IMG/VR virus record: IMGVR_UViG_3300020045_015898
Span: 1-64,000 of that record
Reading direction: 5' to 3' (one strand)
Source: a virus
Lineage: Duplodnaviria; Heunggongvirae; Uroviricota; Caudoviricetes; Crassvirales
DNA: 64,000 bases
In this document: piece after piece, positions 1-9,806 of the stretch
Layout: every line of letters starts with the position of its first letter
How positions within the stretch are numbered: position 1 is the first letter of the stretch
Translations under genes and position numbers: made by a program
The notes under the pieces: model-generated
The model's database searches: none
What the model was told of the DNA's origin: nothing
The model's input: the letters and a program-made list of their open reading frames with translations, nothing else

Positions 1-120
1 TCAAATTGAGCTGTAGTTAAATACACACTCTTTTCGTAAACATCCAGTCCAGGAGCAGAACTGCTTGAAATATTGTCATAAAGAATGTCAAATTCAGTAC
101 TAAATTCTGCTACTGTCATG
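1..120 (-). CDS. hypothetical protein, partial (N-terminus at 120, continues past window start)
   Basis: reverse complement of 1-120 begins ATG and reads MTVAEFSTEFDILYDNISSSAPGLDVYEKSVYLTTAQF with no stop to the window edge; same strand as neighbouring virion genes. Confidence 0.3.
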
Positions 121-130
121 GTCTATATTT

Positions 131-1054
131 TTATTGTTTAGAATTCTTTAATTTTGCTTGCAATGTAAGTCTCATTTCTTGCCCTAATGGAGAAGCTAAA
201 TATTTAGCGGCAGTTTCTAATACCGGAATATCTCCATCAGAAATTGGCTGATTATCTAGAGTATAGAATTTCTTGTCAGTTTTAACAATAACTCCGTTTT
301 CGAAAGCTTCTTCTAAAAGAACCTTAGTTTCAATTAATGGATCAGCAGTAATTGCAACAAACATGTTAGGATCTTTCTCAATCATTTTAGCTGTCTCAAC
401 TTGCAAGAAGTTTAATTCTTGAGTTTTAGAAGTATAACGACCTAAGTTTCTCAAGATATATCTTAAGACATCTTTTTTGTTTTTGAACTCTACATATTTC
501 TCGAAAGCAAGTACTTTGTTTCCAACAGAGTCTTTTTCTTTTCTCAATTCTTCTCCTTCTGCAATCATTACAAAACGATAAGTAGCTTTGTTTCTAATCT
601 CGTCTAAGCTTGAAGCAACTAACGGACTAACTAGCAATACTTTGTAAAGTAAATATTGAACTGGATCTGACAAGTCAAATTTAACATCGTCCTTACCTAA
701 GAATACAGGAAACATTCCTCCTTTTTTGTACTCTTCTTTCCAAAATGATCCATAGATACTTAAGTCTTTTTTAAGCAAGTATTCTAATCCAGATTTTTCT
801 TTGTTGGTAAGAATATTTTTCATTTTGTTATTATCTAACAATGGTACCGGAATTGCAATTGAACTGTTCTCAAACAATCCACCATACCCAACATGCTTTG
901 GATCTTTAATTGCGGCAGTCTCTTTACGAATATACTTCACAGTAACAACTTCTGCTCTTAAAAAATCTGTTGAAGGCAATTCATTTCCTTGGTAATCTTT
1001 TTCAGCAATAGCTCTACTATCGTCTTGAAACTTATCTTTATTTTTTTCACTCAT
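131..1054 (-). CDS. hypothetical virion-module protein (307 aa)
   Basis: long ORF co-oriented and tightly spaced with capsid/scaffold-like genes; no recognisable motif. Confidence 0.35.
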   Translation of the reverse strand: MSEKNKDKFQDDSRAIAEKDYQGNELPSTDFLRAEVVTVKYIRKETAAIKDPKHVGYGGLFENSSIAIPVPLLDNNKMKNILTNKEKSGLEYLLKKDLSIYGSFWKEEYKKGGMFPVFLGKDDVKFDLSDPVQYLLYKVLLVSPLVASSLDEIRNKATYRFVMIAEGEELRKEKDSVGNKVLAFEKYVEFKNKKDVLRYILRNLGRYTSKTQELNFLQVETAKMIEKDPNMFVAITADPLIETKVLLEEAFENGVIVKTDKKFYTLDNQPISDGDIPVLETAAKYLASPLGQEMRLTLQAKLKNSKQ

Positions 1055-1147
1055 GATTTATTCTTCTTTTTATTGATTCTTCTTCTCTCTCTTATGAAGT
1101 TGTAGGATTGATAAGCTCACTTCCTACTAAAGCATTTGTTGCAAATA

Positions 1148-1174
1148 TAGCGAGATACTTTTAATATCTCGCTA
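1148..1174 (-). terminator. stem-loop downstream of putative capsid gene (AGCGAGATA / TATCTCGCT stem)
   Basis: perfect 9-10 bp inverted repeat directly after stop of 1191-2690 minus-strand ORF, AT-rich flank. Confidence 0.4.
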
Positions 1175-1190
1175 TTTCTACTAATTATTA

Positions 1191-2690
1191 TTACGCAAGA
1201 ACGTAAGGGATAATTTGTGCAGTTCTAGAGGGGTCGTAAACAACAACTCCTAATTGGCACCATTTAGTAATGGTTCCTGCATCTTCTAATGTTCCCATGT
1301 TACCGTTGTTGGCTTCTCCAGTAAATGGATTTCTGAAACCCCATTGGTAACCTCTGTACTCTTCTTTTCCAGTAACCTTAACTTGTTGGATGTTAGGATC
1401 TTCTGGTGTTCCGATGTAGAAGATATCGAATCTGTAAGATTCAGCAACTCCATTAGAACCAGGAATACGTATTGTATTTCTAACTTTGTCATCGTAGAAG
1501 TCATCAACCTCAACTTTAACTGTTACACCGTTTGGTGCTAAATACTCTGTAAATTGGAAGCCTGCTTTGAATGCATTTGCGTGCAATTCAGATTGAGTTT
1601 TCATTACAGTCGCAGGGTTTGTACCCGGAGTTGATAAGTTAGCAGCCCATCCAGAAGTGTGGTTTAATACAGCTTTGTGGAATTCAGCAGCTCCTCTTTC
1701 TCCAGTTCTTAAGATAAAGACACGTTTGTCAAATCCTAATTTTCCTTCTGACAATCCGAACAAGATTTCTTCCAACATTTCCAATGAGAACTCATTGTAA
1801 TAGAAAGTATTTGATTGTTCCATTTGTTCACGGATACCTGATCCAATTTTGATAGCTCTACCAGAAACATCAAAGTTATGGTATTCACCGTCAGCAGTTC
1901 TGTTGGATTTACCATACATCAATGCTTTGTTTTTGTAAGCAGAAAATTCTTGCTCAACTAACCAGTCTTCATAAAGTGCCAAAGTAGGGAATACTTTTTT
2001 GTTACCTTCTTTATCTAAAACTGGGATACCCATTGCTACTTTTTTACCAGTTGCATCTCCAGGTAATTTGTGGTCGATACGGATAGTAGTTAACTCACCT
2101 CTCATAGAGATTGGAGTAACACGTCTAACACCACCAACTTCTCTAGATAATCCACGACCTACTGGCGCAAATTCTTCTGAGAATCTTTTCCCTGAAACTA
2201 ATTCTTCACCAGGAATACCATCTCTGTTTGAACCTGCACATTCGCAAGTATAAACATAAAGGTTACCTTCTGGACTACCATCATCAATAACACGGATTGG
2301 ATAAACTTCATTTTTCTCTCCTGTAATTAATTCTCCTTTGAAGAACCATTGCTCTGGGAAAGCTAATTCGAAAGTTGTACGACCTTCTCCAATATTGAAA
2401 TCTCCGGCAGTTACCGTAGCTCCTTTGTAACGCGCCTCGTATAAAGGAATGTTACGTCTTGAACTTCCGATAAGTTCCCAATAGAACTCTCTATCGTCCT
2501 CTACATATTTTGTTTCAAATTGACTAAGCATATTTTCAAGAGATTTACCTCTGTGGATTGCTAGTAATTTGATCATTGTGTCGTTAATCTTTTGTGGGTT
2601 CATCTTCCAAATAGCACCTAAAGTGTTTTCTGGATTAATCATTCCTGCAAAAGCCTTAGCGTCTGTTACCTGAAATTTACCTAATTGCAT
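1191..2690 (-). CDS. putative major capsid protein (499 aa)
   Basis: position immediately downstream of scaffold-like gene and followed by strong hairpin; size typical; no motif verification possible. Confidence 0.4.
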   Translation of the reverse strand: MQLGKFQVTDAKAFAGMINPENTLGAIWKMNPQKINDTMIKLLAIHRGKSLENMLSQFETKYVEDDREFYWELIGSSRRNIPLYEARYKGATVTAGDFNIGEGRTTFELAFPEQWFFKGELITGEKNEVYPIRVIDDGSPEGNLYVYTCECAGSNRDGIPGEELVSGKRFSEEFAPVGRGLSREVGGVRRVTPISMRGELTTIRIDHKLPGDATGKKVAMGIPVLDKEGNKKVFPTLALYEDWLVEQEFSAYKNKALMYGKSNRTADGEYHNFDVSGRAIKIGSGIREQMEQSNTFYYNEFSLEMLEEILFGLSEGKLGFDKRVFILRTGERGAAEFHKAVLNHTSGWAANLSTPGTNPATVMKTQSELHANAFKAGFQFTEYLAPNGVTVKVEVDDFYDDKVRNTIRIPGSNGVAESYRFDIFYIGTPEDPNIQQVKVTGKEEYRGYQWGFRNPFTGEANNGNMGTLEDAGTITKWCQLGVVVYDPSRTAQIIPYVLA

Positions 2691-2716
2691 GTGTATTTAA
2701 TTTAAAAGTGTTATTG

Positions 2717-3829
2717 TTATTCGAAATTGACTCCTTCAAGATCTTTTAGAGTAAAAGTACTCATGTCATCTTTAGAGTCTGTAATTATTTTTCCATCTCC
2801 TGTGAAATTAGCTCCTCTTAATAGAGATTCAATTTCTTTAGAAATACTTGTTTCTTTTGCATTACCAAAAACTGAGAAATCCTTTAGTCCTTTCGTTAGG
2901 TAGAACAAAGCTTCTAGTTTCATTCTGGATCCAAGCGGATCAGCTTTTTGAGCTTGAACGAATGCATTTTCTTTGTTTCCTAAATCTGTAGTGATTTGAT
3001 CGTAAAGTTCTTGTTTTTGAGCAATTGTTAATTTAACGCCAGGTATAATTTCATCTTCCTTGTCAACGTATGTTTTGATATTACTCAAAGCACTAGTTTC
3101 TTCTTCTTTTTTAGAAGATATAAGTGAATTCAATTTTCCTTCCTCTGACTTTACAATTTCTTTTAAAGCAGTAAGTGCGTCTTCTACATCATCTCCTGAA
3201 TCAATGCTTCTTTGAGCCATTGCAAGCGCCTTATCTTTAGCGAAACCTTTGTTAATGAAATCTTGAGCAATTACGTTCATTCTGAATTCTTCATTTCCTT
3301 CTCCGGAAACATACTCATCAGTAATTGCTTTAAGTTTGCTAATTGATTCCAATTGTTTAGAAGCCTCTTCTGCAGGTATTCCCGCTTTAACGGCTTCTTC
3401 AATAGTTTTGTTCCTTGCAGAAAGTCTTGATTCAACTTCTTTGGCAATTGCATTATTAATATCATCAATAGATGATATTTTGTCTTTGTCTAAATCAAGA
3501 TTTGATAAGATTCCTTTAGCTTTGAATTCGGCAGCTAAAGAAGAATATAACTTTTCAGTATCATTCGGTGTTGGAGAGGAAGAATCAGTGCCTTCCTTCT
3601 TGGCTTCTGGAGCCTTACCATCTTGATTAGTTTTATCTTCTTCCTTTTTAGCTACGCTCTCTGGAGTTGTAACAGTCTCTGTTACTTTTTTCTCCTCACT
3701 ATTAGGTGTTGGTATTACAATGTCTTTTGCAGGTTCACCTGCTTTTCCTTCTTTCTTTGTTGCAAATACGTCAAACACGTCATCTGAACTTGAGTCAAAG
3801 GTTAAGTCGTTTAAATTTAATTCTTCCAT
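2717..3829 (-). CDS. scaffolding-like protein (370 aa, E/K/A-rich, predicted coiled-coil, acidic)
   Basis: composition strongly biased to E, K, A, S with heptad-like stretches; sits directly upstream of putative capsid gene. Confidence 0.4.
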   Translation of the reverse strand: MEELNLNDLTFDSSSDDVFDVFATKKEGKAGEPAKDIVIPTPNSEEKKVTETVTTPESVAKKEEDKTNQDGKAPEAKKEGTDSSSPTPNDTEKLYSSLAAEFKAKGILSNLDLDKDKISSIDDINNAIAKEVESRLSARNKTIEEAVKAGIPAEEASKQLESISKLKAITDEYVSGEGNEEFRMNVIAQDFINKGFAKDKALAMAQRSIDSGDDVEDALTALKEIVKSEEGKLNSLISSKKEEETSALSNIKTYVDKEDEIIPGVKLTIAQKQELYDQITTDLGNKENAFVQAQKADPLGSRMKLEALFYLTKGLKDFSVFGNAKETSISKEIESLLRGANFTGDGKIITDSKDDMSTFTLKDLEGVNFE

Positions 3830-3901
3830 AATTCTTTTTGTTTAATTCTCCGTTGACAAATTTACATTCCTAAAGCAAATTATCTTCGTAGTAATTTATT
3901 G

Positions 3902-4474
3902 CTATTTAAACAAAGTGAATGTCTTACTAAATCCTACGTATACATTTTTATTTAAGTCAATTGACGCTGTATAAATGTTTCCTGACTTAGTTTGGATCCC
4001 AGTTTTTATTAAAGGATTAAATTCAAAGTTTCTATATCCTACCTCCGCTCCAAGTATTACTGAAAGTCTAGGTCTTTGAGTAATAACTCTTTCCTTTACT
4101 TTTTGTTTTTTTATTGTAATATCTGCGCTTGTAGCTATTAAAAATCCTTGAACCTTGTTATTTACGTCAACTTTAACTGTATCATTATCAATTACCGTTG
4201 TCTTATAATCCCTTATGGTTATAGATTCTATTAAGATATCTTTTTTTTTAACAGTATCCTTTTCTTGAATATAATCATTGTATTTATCTTTATTAACCAC
4301 CACAGTTCCGTCTTTAACAACAATGGTCTTTAATTTTATTTTTTCAATGAATACTGTGTCCGTCACTTTGGTATATTCTGGCTGAATCACCGTGACAATC
4401 TTTTCTTCCGGACCTGAACAGGTTCCAAGAATTAAGATTATAGCTATAAGTGCTACTATAAATACATTCTTCAT
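3902..4474 (-). CDS. lipoprotein (spanin-like?), lysis cassette member
   Basis: internal start MKNVFIVALIAIILILGTCSG gives signal peptide plus lipobox (ILGTC) about 27 codons inside the 217-aa ORF; located immediately after endolysin gene. Confidence 0.4.
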   Translation of the reverse strand: MKNVFIVALIAIILILGTCSGPEEKIVTVIQPEYTKVTDTVFIEKIKLKTIVVKDGTVVVNKDKYNDYIQEKDTVKKKDILIESITIRDYKTTVIDNDTVKVDVNNKVQGFLIATSADITIKKQKVKERVITQRPRLSVILGAEVGYRNFEFNPLIKTGIQTKSGNIYTASIDLNKNVYVGFSKTFTLFK

Positions 4475-4493
4475 AGTAGCCAATTCTTTTAAT

Positions 4494-5012
4494 TTATCCA
4501 TAAATCTTTTTATATAACTCTTTAGTGTAAACAGAATAAACTGTTTTTCCTTCAACTTTTCGCGCTATAAGAATTTGCTTTCTGTTTTCTTCAGAATAAC
4601 TTACATGAACCCACGCAGGGCTCGTTCCTTCATCTCCTTCAAACTCTGCAATCAGTTGATCAAACTTAAGATTGTCTTTAATAAAATTAAACACTTCGTT
4701 GTTTGTAATGCCATTGTCAATTAGATCTGCATCTATATCCATGGCTGCTTCATTCTTGCCGCTAATTGCTCCGGCGCAATGTTGAGAAGTCTTAGATCCT
4801 CCTACTGCTTTGTTTAGTGTTAATGACCTAAAGAATGATATAATAGCGATAGGTTTACCGATACCTTCTCTTAAAGGTTCAAATACTTTTTCTGCAAGAG
4901 TTTTCATTCTTGCAATTTCTTTAGAGTTAGGAATATTTTTTATTCCAAGTTTAATCCCTGTTGCGGACTTAACGCTCTCTTCATAACTAATGTGTTTTGA
5001 AATTCTTTCCAT
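4494..5012 (-). CDS. endolysin, peptidase M15 family (L-alanyl-D-glutamate / D-Ala-D-Ala peptidase-like)
   Basis: motif NKAVGGSKTSQHCAGAIS...AMDIDAD...AWVHVSY matches the AVGGSxxSQH...D...H zinc-binding signature of M15 phage peptidases; adjacent to holin-like gene. Confidence 0.65.
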   Translation of the reverse strand: MERISKHISYEESVKSATGIKLGIKNIPNSKEIARMKTLAEKVFEPLREGIGKPIAIISFFRSLTLNKAVGGSKTSQHCAGAISGKNEAAMDIDADLIDNGITNNEVFNFIKDNLKFDQLIAEFEGDEGTSPAWVHVSYSEENRKQILIARKVEGKTVYSVYTKELYKKIYG

Positions 5013-5013
5013 T

Positions 5014-5544
5014 TTATTTTTTTTTATTGAATATGTCTTGAATTGATTTAGGTAGAAATTGCATCATTCTTTTTAAAATGTTCCTTCCTGAAACAGCTTC
5101 CATATTTTCATAATTACTGTAAACTTCAACGATACTTGCTACCATGATTGCTAATTCAGTTAATGAGAATTGCTTACTCATTAAATCAATTGGCTCCATT
5201 TTAAATATCATGCTTTCGAATACTGAACATACGATAATACCTATTCCATATTCGTAGGTTTTTTTCCAGGTCTCTCTGATCCCGTAACTTTTAACTCCTT
5301 TCCAGAATCTTTTTTGCCAAACATAGGCTGTAATTCCTTTTAAGAAAAAATCTTTTCTTATTCCTGATAATAAATCAAGAAGGATTAATAACGCCAATCC
5401 TATGATAGCGCTTTGTGAATTTAACATAACTGTAAGTATTGGAGTTAATACTAGTAAAATCTTTTTTACAATTGTTAGTTCACTGAAAAATAAAATTAAT
5501 GATTTCATGTTGTTTCTCTTTATTTTTGGAACGTGGTGGTGCAA
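5014..5544 (-). CDS. holin-like multi-pass membrane protein
   Basis: several hydrophobic segments (LLVLTPILTVMLN..., IGLALLILLDLLSGI, YGIGIIVCSVF, LAIMVASIVEVY), 1-nt spacing to endolysin gene. Confidence 0.4.
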   Translation of the reverse strand: MHHHVPKIKRNNMKSLILFFSELTIVKKILLVLTPILTVMLNSQSAIIGLALLILLDLLSGIRKDFFLKGITAYVWQKRFWKGVKSYGIRETWKKTYEYGIGIIVCSVFESMIFKMEPIDLMSKQFSLTELAIMVASIVEVYSNYENMEAVSGRNILKRMMQFLPKSIQDIFNKKK

Positions 5545-5600
5545 AAGTACTTCTTCACACCACCAAATTACATTGATTGTTTATGGCTCTTAAGTTATTT

Positions 5601-5849
5601 TTAAATTTTTTCTAATCCTAATTTTAATAAAACCATATCTTCAATTTCTTCATTAGTAGTTATTCCTTTATTCCATTCATTCTCGCTTAATGTTAAATTT
5701 CCATTTGCTAAAACACTACCTTGTTCACAAAGAACTTCATAATATATACTAACGTCTATCGCGTTAGTATCAAAAGCCAATACTCTTACTAATAAATTCA
5801 CTCCGTCTTTTGCTGGCAAACCTAGTCTTACTTTTTTAATCTCTATCAT
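5601..5849 (-). CDS. hypothetical protein (82 aa)
   Basis: ORF between tail fiber and lysis genes. Confidence 0.3.
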   Translation of the reverse strand: MIEIKKVRLGLPAKDGVNLLVRVLAFDTNAIDVSIYYEVLCEQGSVLANGNLTLSENEWNKGITTNEEIEDMVLLKLGLEKI

Positions 5850-5879
5850 AATTGTTTATTTAATTTATTAATTTAATTT

Positions 5880-8800
5880 TTAATGTGATACCCAAGCAGT
5901 TCCATTATAAAACACAGGGCATTTTACAGATCCTCCACCCGTTAAAGCTCCTAGGTATGTTGGAGTTACTGCATCTGTAACGTAAGCTATATCTCCTTCA
6001 ACTCCTACAGGCAGCGTTGCTACTGTATATGATTTTAAAGTAGCAGTAGAACCTAAAGTTAATTTTCCTTGAAGTCTAGTAGATCCATTTACGTCTAACT
6101 TGTATCCTGAATTTACTAAATTAACACCTATACCTACGTTTCCTTCTAGTCCCCAAAAACTTCCAGTATTTTGCGCTTTTATTTCTCCATTACCATTTGC
6201 TATTATTATGTTAGACGATAGTGACGAAGAAAGACCTGCGATATTAGCTCCTATAATTGTGTTATGGCTTCCGGTAGTTATACCTAAACCAGTTGCATTT
6301 CCTATTACCGTATTATATGACCCTGTAGTGTTAGTATAAAGTGTCGTACTACCAATAGTAGTATTTCCGTCACCTGTAGTATTATCTCTCAATCCCCATA
6401 ATCCTAAAATTGTATTATTTACACCTGTAGTATTATTCAGAAGAGATTGCCAACCTATAGCGGTATTATTTTCGCCAGTAGTATTTTCATGTAACGCACT
6501 TTCACCTACAGAAACATTGCGGCTGCCAATAGTATTCCAATAAAGAGCTTGATAACCTATAGCGGTGTTGTTTCCACCTGTTGAATTATATAACATAGCT
6601 TCGCTGCCGATAGCGGTATTTAGTCCGCCTATACTATTTGTTGCTAAGGCGCTTCTGCCTATAGCTGTGTTACCTGCACCTGTTGAGTTATTATCAAGAG
6701 AAGATCTACCTACTGCAGTATTAAATTGATTTCCTCCACCTCCTCTACTAATATTAATTTCATTAATTGCCCCTAATATAGCTACATCACTATTAAAAGA
6801 CCAACTAGTTCCGTTATGTTGAGCTTTTATATTACCACCACCATTAGCAATAATTATATTATTTTCTAATGTTGGAGACAGTCCAGAAACGTTTGCTCCT
6901 AAAACAGTATTTCCGCCTCCTGTAGTTATTCCTAATCCACTACTATTTCCTATTGCTATATTATTGTTTCCTGTTGTTAAGTCGTTTAAAGCGCTGCTAC
7001 CAATCGCCGTATTGAATAATCCTGTTGTATTATTAAATAAAGATCTATATCCGTAAGCACTATTTAAACTAGCTGAAGTATTGTTCCATAAAGATTGAAA
7101 TCCATAAGCTGAGTTGTTACTTCCAGATGTATTACTTCTTAGAGCTTCAAACCCCATTGCGCTATTAAAGTTTCCATTTGTGTTTGAATATATAGTTCTA
7201 TATCCATAAGCCATATTTCCTTCTCCGCTAATATTATAAAATAAAGATTGATATCCTGTAGCACTATTTACTGACCCAGATATATTACTACCTAATGCGC
7301 TATTACCAAATGCTGTGTTATCTCCTCCAGATTCATTATACTCTAATGCATTATTACCTACACCAGTATTTGAGTTTCCATTTATATTTGTTCTTAATGC
7401 ATTATTACCTATAGCCGTATTGTATGATCCAGAAACGTTATTTCTTAATGTAACTTGACCTATTGCAGTATTAAAATTACCATTGTTGTTTCCTTCTAAT
7501 GAATAAGCCCCTATAGATACGTTAAAACTACCTGTTAAATTTGACTTAAGAGTTCTATAGCCTAAAGCAGTATTTGAAATTCCTGAAATATTATTTATTA
7601 AAGATTCTAATCCAACTGTTACTCCGCTACTATCCGTAGATGATCCTTTGCTTATGAATATTTCGTTTAAACTTCCATTAAACTTAGAGTTTCCATTTAC
7701 TTGTAGTTTATTTCCATCATCTACTGTTGTATTTATTAAAACATTTCCTGTATTTCTTTTTATTTGAAAGTTAGTACTTAATGTATTAAAATTAAAAATA
7801 CTAAAATTTCTTAATCCGTCAGGTCCTGAATTTTCACCTAAAACCCAGTCAGAAGCACCTCCATATTTTATGTAGAATAAACCTCCACTAGGTTCGTCGA
7901 TGTTTACTCTATTTGCTGTTAATTCTCCAGATATATTTATATCTAAACCTATTTGAGACATAGAACTATTAGTTATAGAACTATTACTATCAAACATTGG
8001 TATAGAATTAATAGCTCCAAAACCTGTTACAGGATTGACTATTAAATTTTGTTTTAATGCTAATCCATCAGTTACGGCTTTTACGCTTGGGTATCCAATA
8101 TCATCTATAACGGATAAACTTATTTTTTTATTTTCTACATTTTCTGGAGTATATCCTAAAGCTGCAATTATATTAGATAGAGTTAAAGCTATAGCTCCAT
8201 TTCCAATAACATTTCCAAACTTGTCTACTGGAACAAACAACGCGTTTCCTGCCGCTATTTCTGCTTGTAAATCTGTTGTTCCTCTTTTAACAATTAAGTA
8301 ACTTCTAAATATAGCATTGTCAGCTATGTTTTGTTCTGTTACAAAAGGATCAGTAGGCAAAGCAGCCAAAGCTTCATTGTAACTATTATATAATGTTTGT
8401 CCATATTGTATTCTACATAGTCCGGATTGAAATAAATTCAAATGAGGTATAGTCCATTTGTTTCCCGAAGGTACGGCAGTAAGAACTCCGTTTAAATCAT
8501 AATTATTTGGATCTATATTTTGAGTGTCTGCGTACTGAAATCCTCCTCTTAATCTATAAGCAAAAGTTAATTCCGTTTGAGATGGTATAGATAATTCATG
8601 CGGATTTAAATAATTGTTTGGATTTATACCCAATCCAAATATTTTACCAACAGACTTGTTTAATCTCAAGTTAGCACCATTTGGACCATACACATTTCCC
8701 TCCTCATTAAGAGGCCCTATCGCTTTCATGAAATCATGGAGTTGATTTATAGAAGCAACTATTGGCGCTTTTATTTCATTTGTGACATTTATATTTACAT

Positions 8801-9806
8801 TATTTGAATGTATTACTGCTCCAATTGTAGCTAATGTTCTTCTATCTGAGTTAAGGAAAGGAGACGAGCTTTGAATTATAGTTTGACTAGAATTAAGTGC
8901 TATGTATGAAGCTGTATTTACTCCTAAATAATTTGGAGTTATACCTGTAGCTCCAGCATAATTAATTATTTGAACAGCTGTGTTTGCTAAATCAGTAAAA
9001 TCAGTAACTACGTATATTCCAGGAGCTATGTCAAACTTAGTATTGTCTAATGCATTTATTGATAATTGAAGTCCTGTTATAAATCCAGTAGGAAGATTTA
9101 ACTTTTTTTGCAATCCATCAAATACTGAATTTTGAGAAGGAGATTTATCTGTTATTCCGTTTGTTATAAAGTCATCTACTACTGATAGTCTTGAAGCTTG
9201 CGTAAAATCAGATATAGTTGATGCTAATTGAAATCCTGTATGATTAGTTCTTGATCTATTGTCTGTATCTCTATCGTCTAGTTGACTAGGAGTTTCAAAT
9301 TGTAATGGATTAGAACTGTCATATTTTGAATCCCATTTAGAGTAATTAGCAAGAGTTAACGCAGTAACGAACTTATCGTTGTTTAAACCTAAGTCTACTT
9401 CATTTTGACTAGATTGATAAGGAGATTCTACGTAAGACCAACTTATACCGTTTGAATAGTAAATTCCTTTTGGATAATACGTTCCACCCATAGATCCAGG
9501 TAGCCATTGAGTTCCTTGAGATTCATTTACATAATAAAAGTCACTTAAAACTGTTGTTGGATCCGGTAATGCTGCATAGTTAGAGACTACTATTATCAAA
9601 TCATCAGCTCTTATGTTGTCTATCGCTTCATCAAGTTCCTCTCTAGTTATTACATCTTTCTCTCCTTCAACTAATTTAAAAGGAATGTCTCCTTCTATGT
9701 AAATATACATTTCTTTTGTGTCTGAACATAAGTAAACGCTACCTTCTTTTAAGAAAGAAGGTAGGTCTGATTTTAGTCCATAAAATTGATTTTGAGTTAA
9801 TTTCAT
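5880..9806 (-). CDS. tail fiber / tailspike protein with YadA-head-like (NTAIG...NTxxG) tandem repeats
   Basis: 1308-aa ORF; central region is about 40 degenerate 14-15 aa repeats (GxxNTAIGxxALxxNTTG) typical of trimeric beta-roll/YadA-like head domains; conserved C-terminal globular end; start overlaps portal stop (ATGA). Confidence 0.6.
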   Translation of the reverse strand: MKLTQNQFYGLKSDLPSFLKEGSVYLCSDTKEMYIYIEGDIPFKLVEGEKDVITREELDEAIDNIRADDLIIVVSNYAALPDPTTVLSDFYYVNESQGTQWLPGSMGGTYYPKGIYYSNGISWSYVESPYQSSQNEVDLGLNNDKFVTALTLANYSKWDSKYDSSNPLQFETPSQLDDRDTDNRSRTNHTGFQLASTISDFTQASRLSVVDDFITNGITDKSPSQNSVFDGLQKKLNLPTGFITGLQLSINALDNTKFDIAPGIYVVTDFTDLANTAVQIINYAGATGITPNYLGVNTASYIALNSSQTIIQSSSPFLNSDRRTLATIGAVIHSNNVNINVTNEIKAPIVASINQLHDFMKAIGPLNEEGNVYGPNGANLRLNKSVGKIFGLGINPNNYLNPHELSIPSQTELTFAYRLRGGFQYADTQNIDPNNYDLNGVLTAVPSGNKWTIPHLNLFQSGLCRIQYGQTLYNSYNEALAALPTDPFVTEQNIADNAIFRSYLIVKRGTTDLQAEIAAGNALFVPVDKFGNVIGNGAIALTLSNIIAALGYTPENVENKKISLSVIDDIGYPSVKAVTDGLALKQNLIVNPVTGFGAINSIPMFDSNSSITNSSMSQIGLDINISGELTANRVNIDEPSGGLFYIKYGGASDWVLGENSGPDGLRNFSIFNFNTLSTNFQIKRNTGNVLINTTVDDGNKLQVNGNSKFNGSLNEIFISKGSSTDSSGVTVGLESLINNISGISNTALGYRTLKSNLTGSFNVSIGAYSLEGNNNGNFNTAIGQVTLRNNVSGSYNTAIGNNALRTNINGNSNTGVGNNALEYNESGGDNTAFGNSALGSNISGSVNSATGYQSLFYNISGEGNMAYGYRTIYSNTNGNFNSAMGFEALRSNTSGSNNSAYGFQSLWNNTSASLNSAYGYRSLFNNTTGLFNTAIGSSALNDLTTGNNNIAIGNSSGLGITTGGGNTVLGANVSGLSPTLENNIIIANGGGNIKAQHNGTSWSFNSDVAILGAINEINISRGGGGNQFNTAVGRSSLDNNSTGAGNTAIGRSALATNSIGGLNTAIGSEAMLYNSTGGNNTAIGYQALYWNTIGSRNVSVGESALHENTTGENNTAIGWQSLLNNTTGVNNTILGLWGLRDNTTGDGNTTIGSTTLYTNTTGSYNTVIGNATGLGITTGSHNTIIGANIAGLSSSLSSNIIIANGNGEIKAQNTGSFWGLEGNVGIGVNLVNSGYKLDVNGSTRLQGKLTLGSTATLKSYTVATLPVGVEGDIAYVTDAVTPTYLGALTGGGSVKCPVFYNGTAWVSH

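Noticed and set aside
801-995. Short antisense ORFs nested inside long genes (e.g. 801-995, 1286-1513, 1999-2253, 3336-3626, 6100-6339, 8035-8301, 10535-10931, 41299-41494, 50925-51221, 57347-57592, 62532-63219)
   Set aside because: They are fully embedded opposite well-supported long ORFs, are hydrophobic or low-complexity as expected from AT-rich antisense translation, and lack independent signals.
6400-7700. Possible CRISPR-like or DNA tandem repeat in the tail-fiber gene
   Set aside because: Periodicity is at the protein level (degenerate 14-15 aa units). The DNA units are not identical and have no spacer structure. No CRISPR array anywhere in the window.
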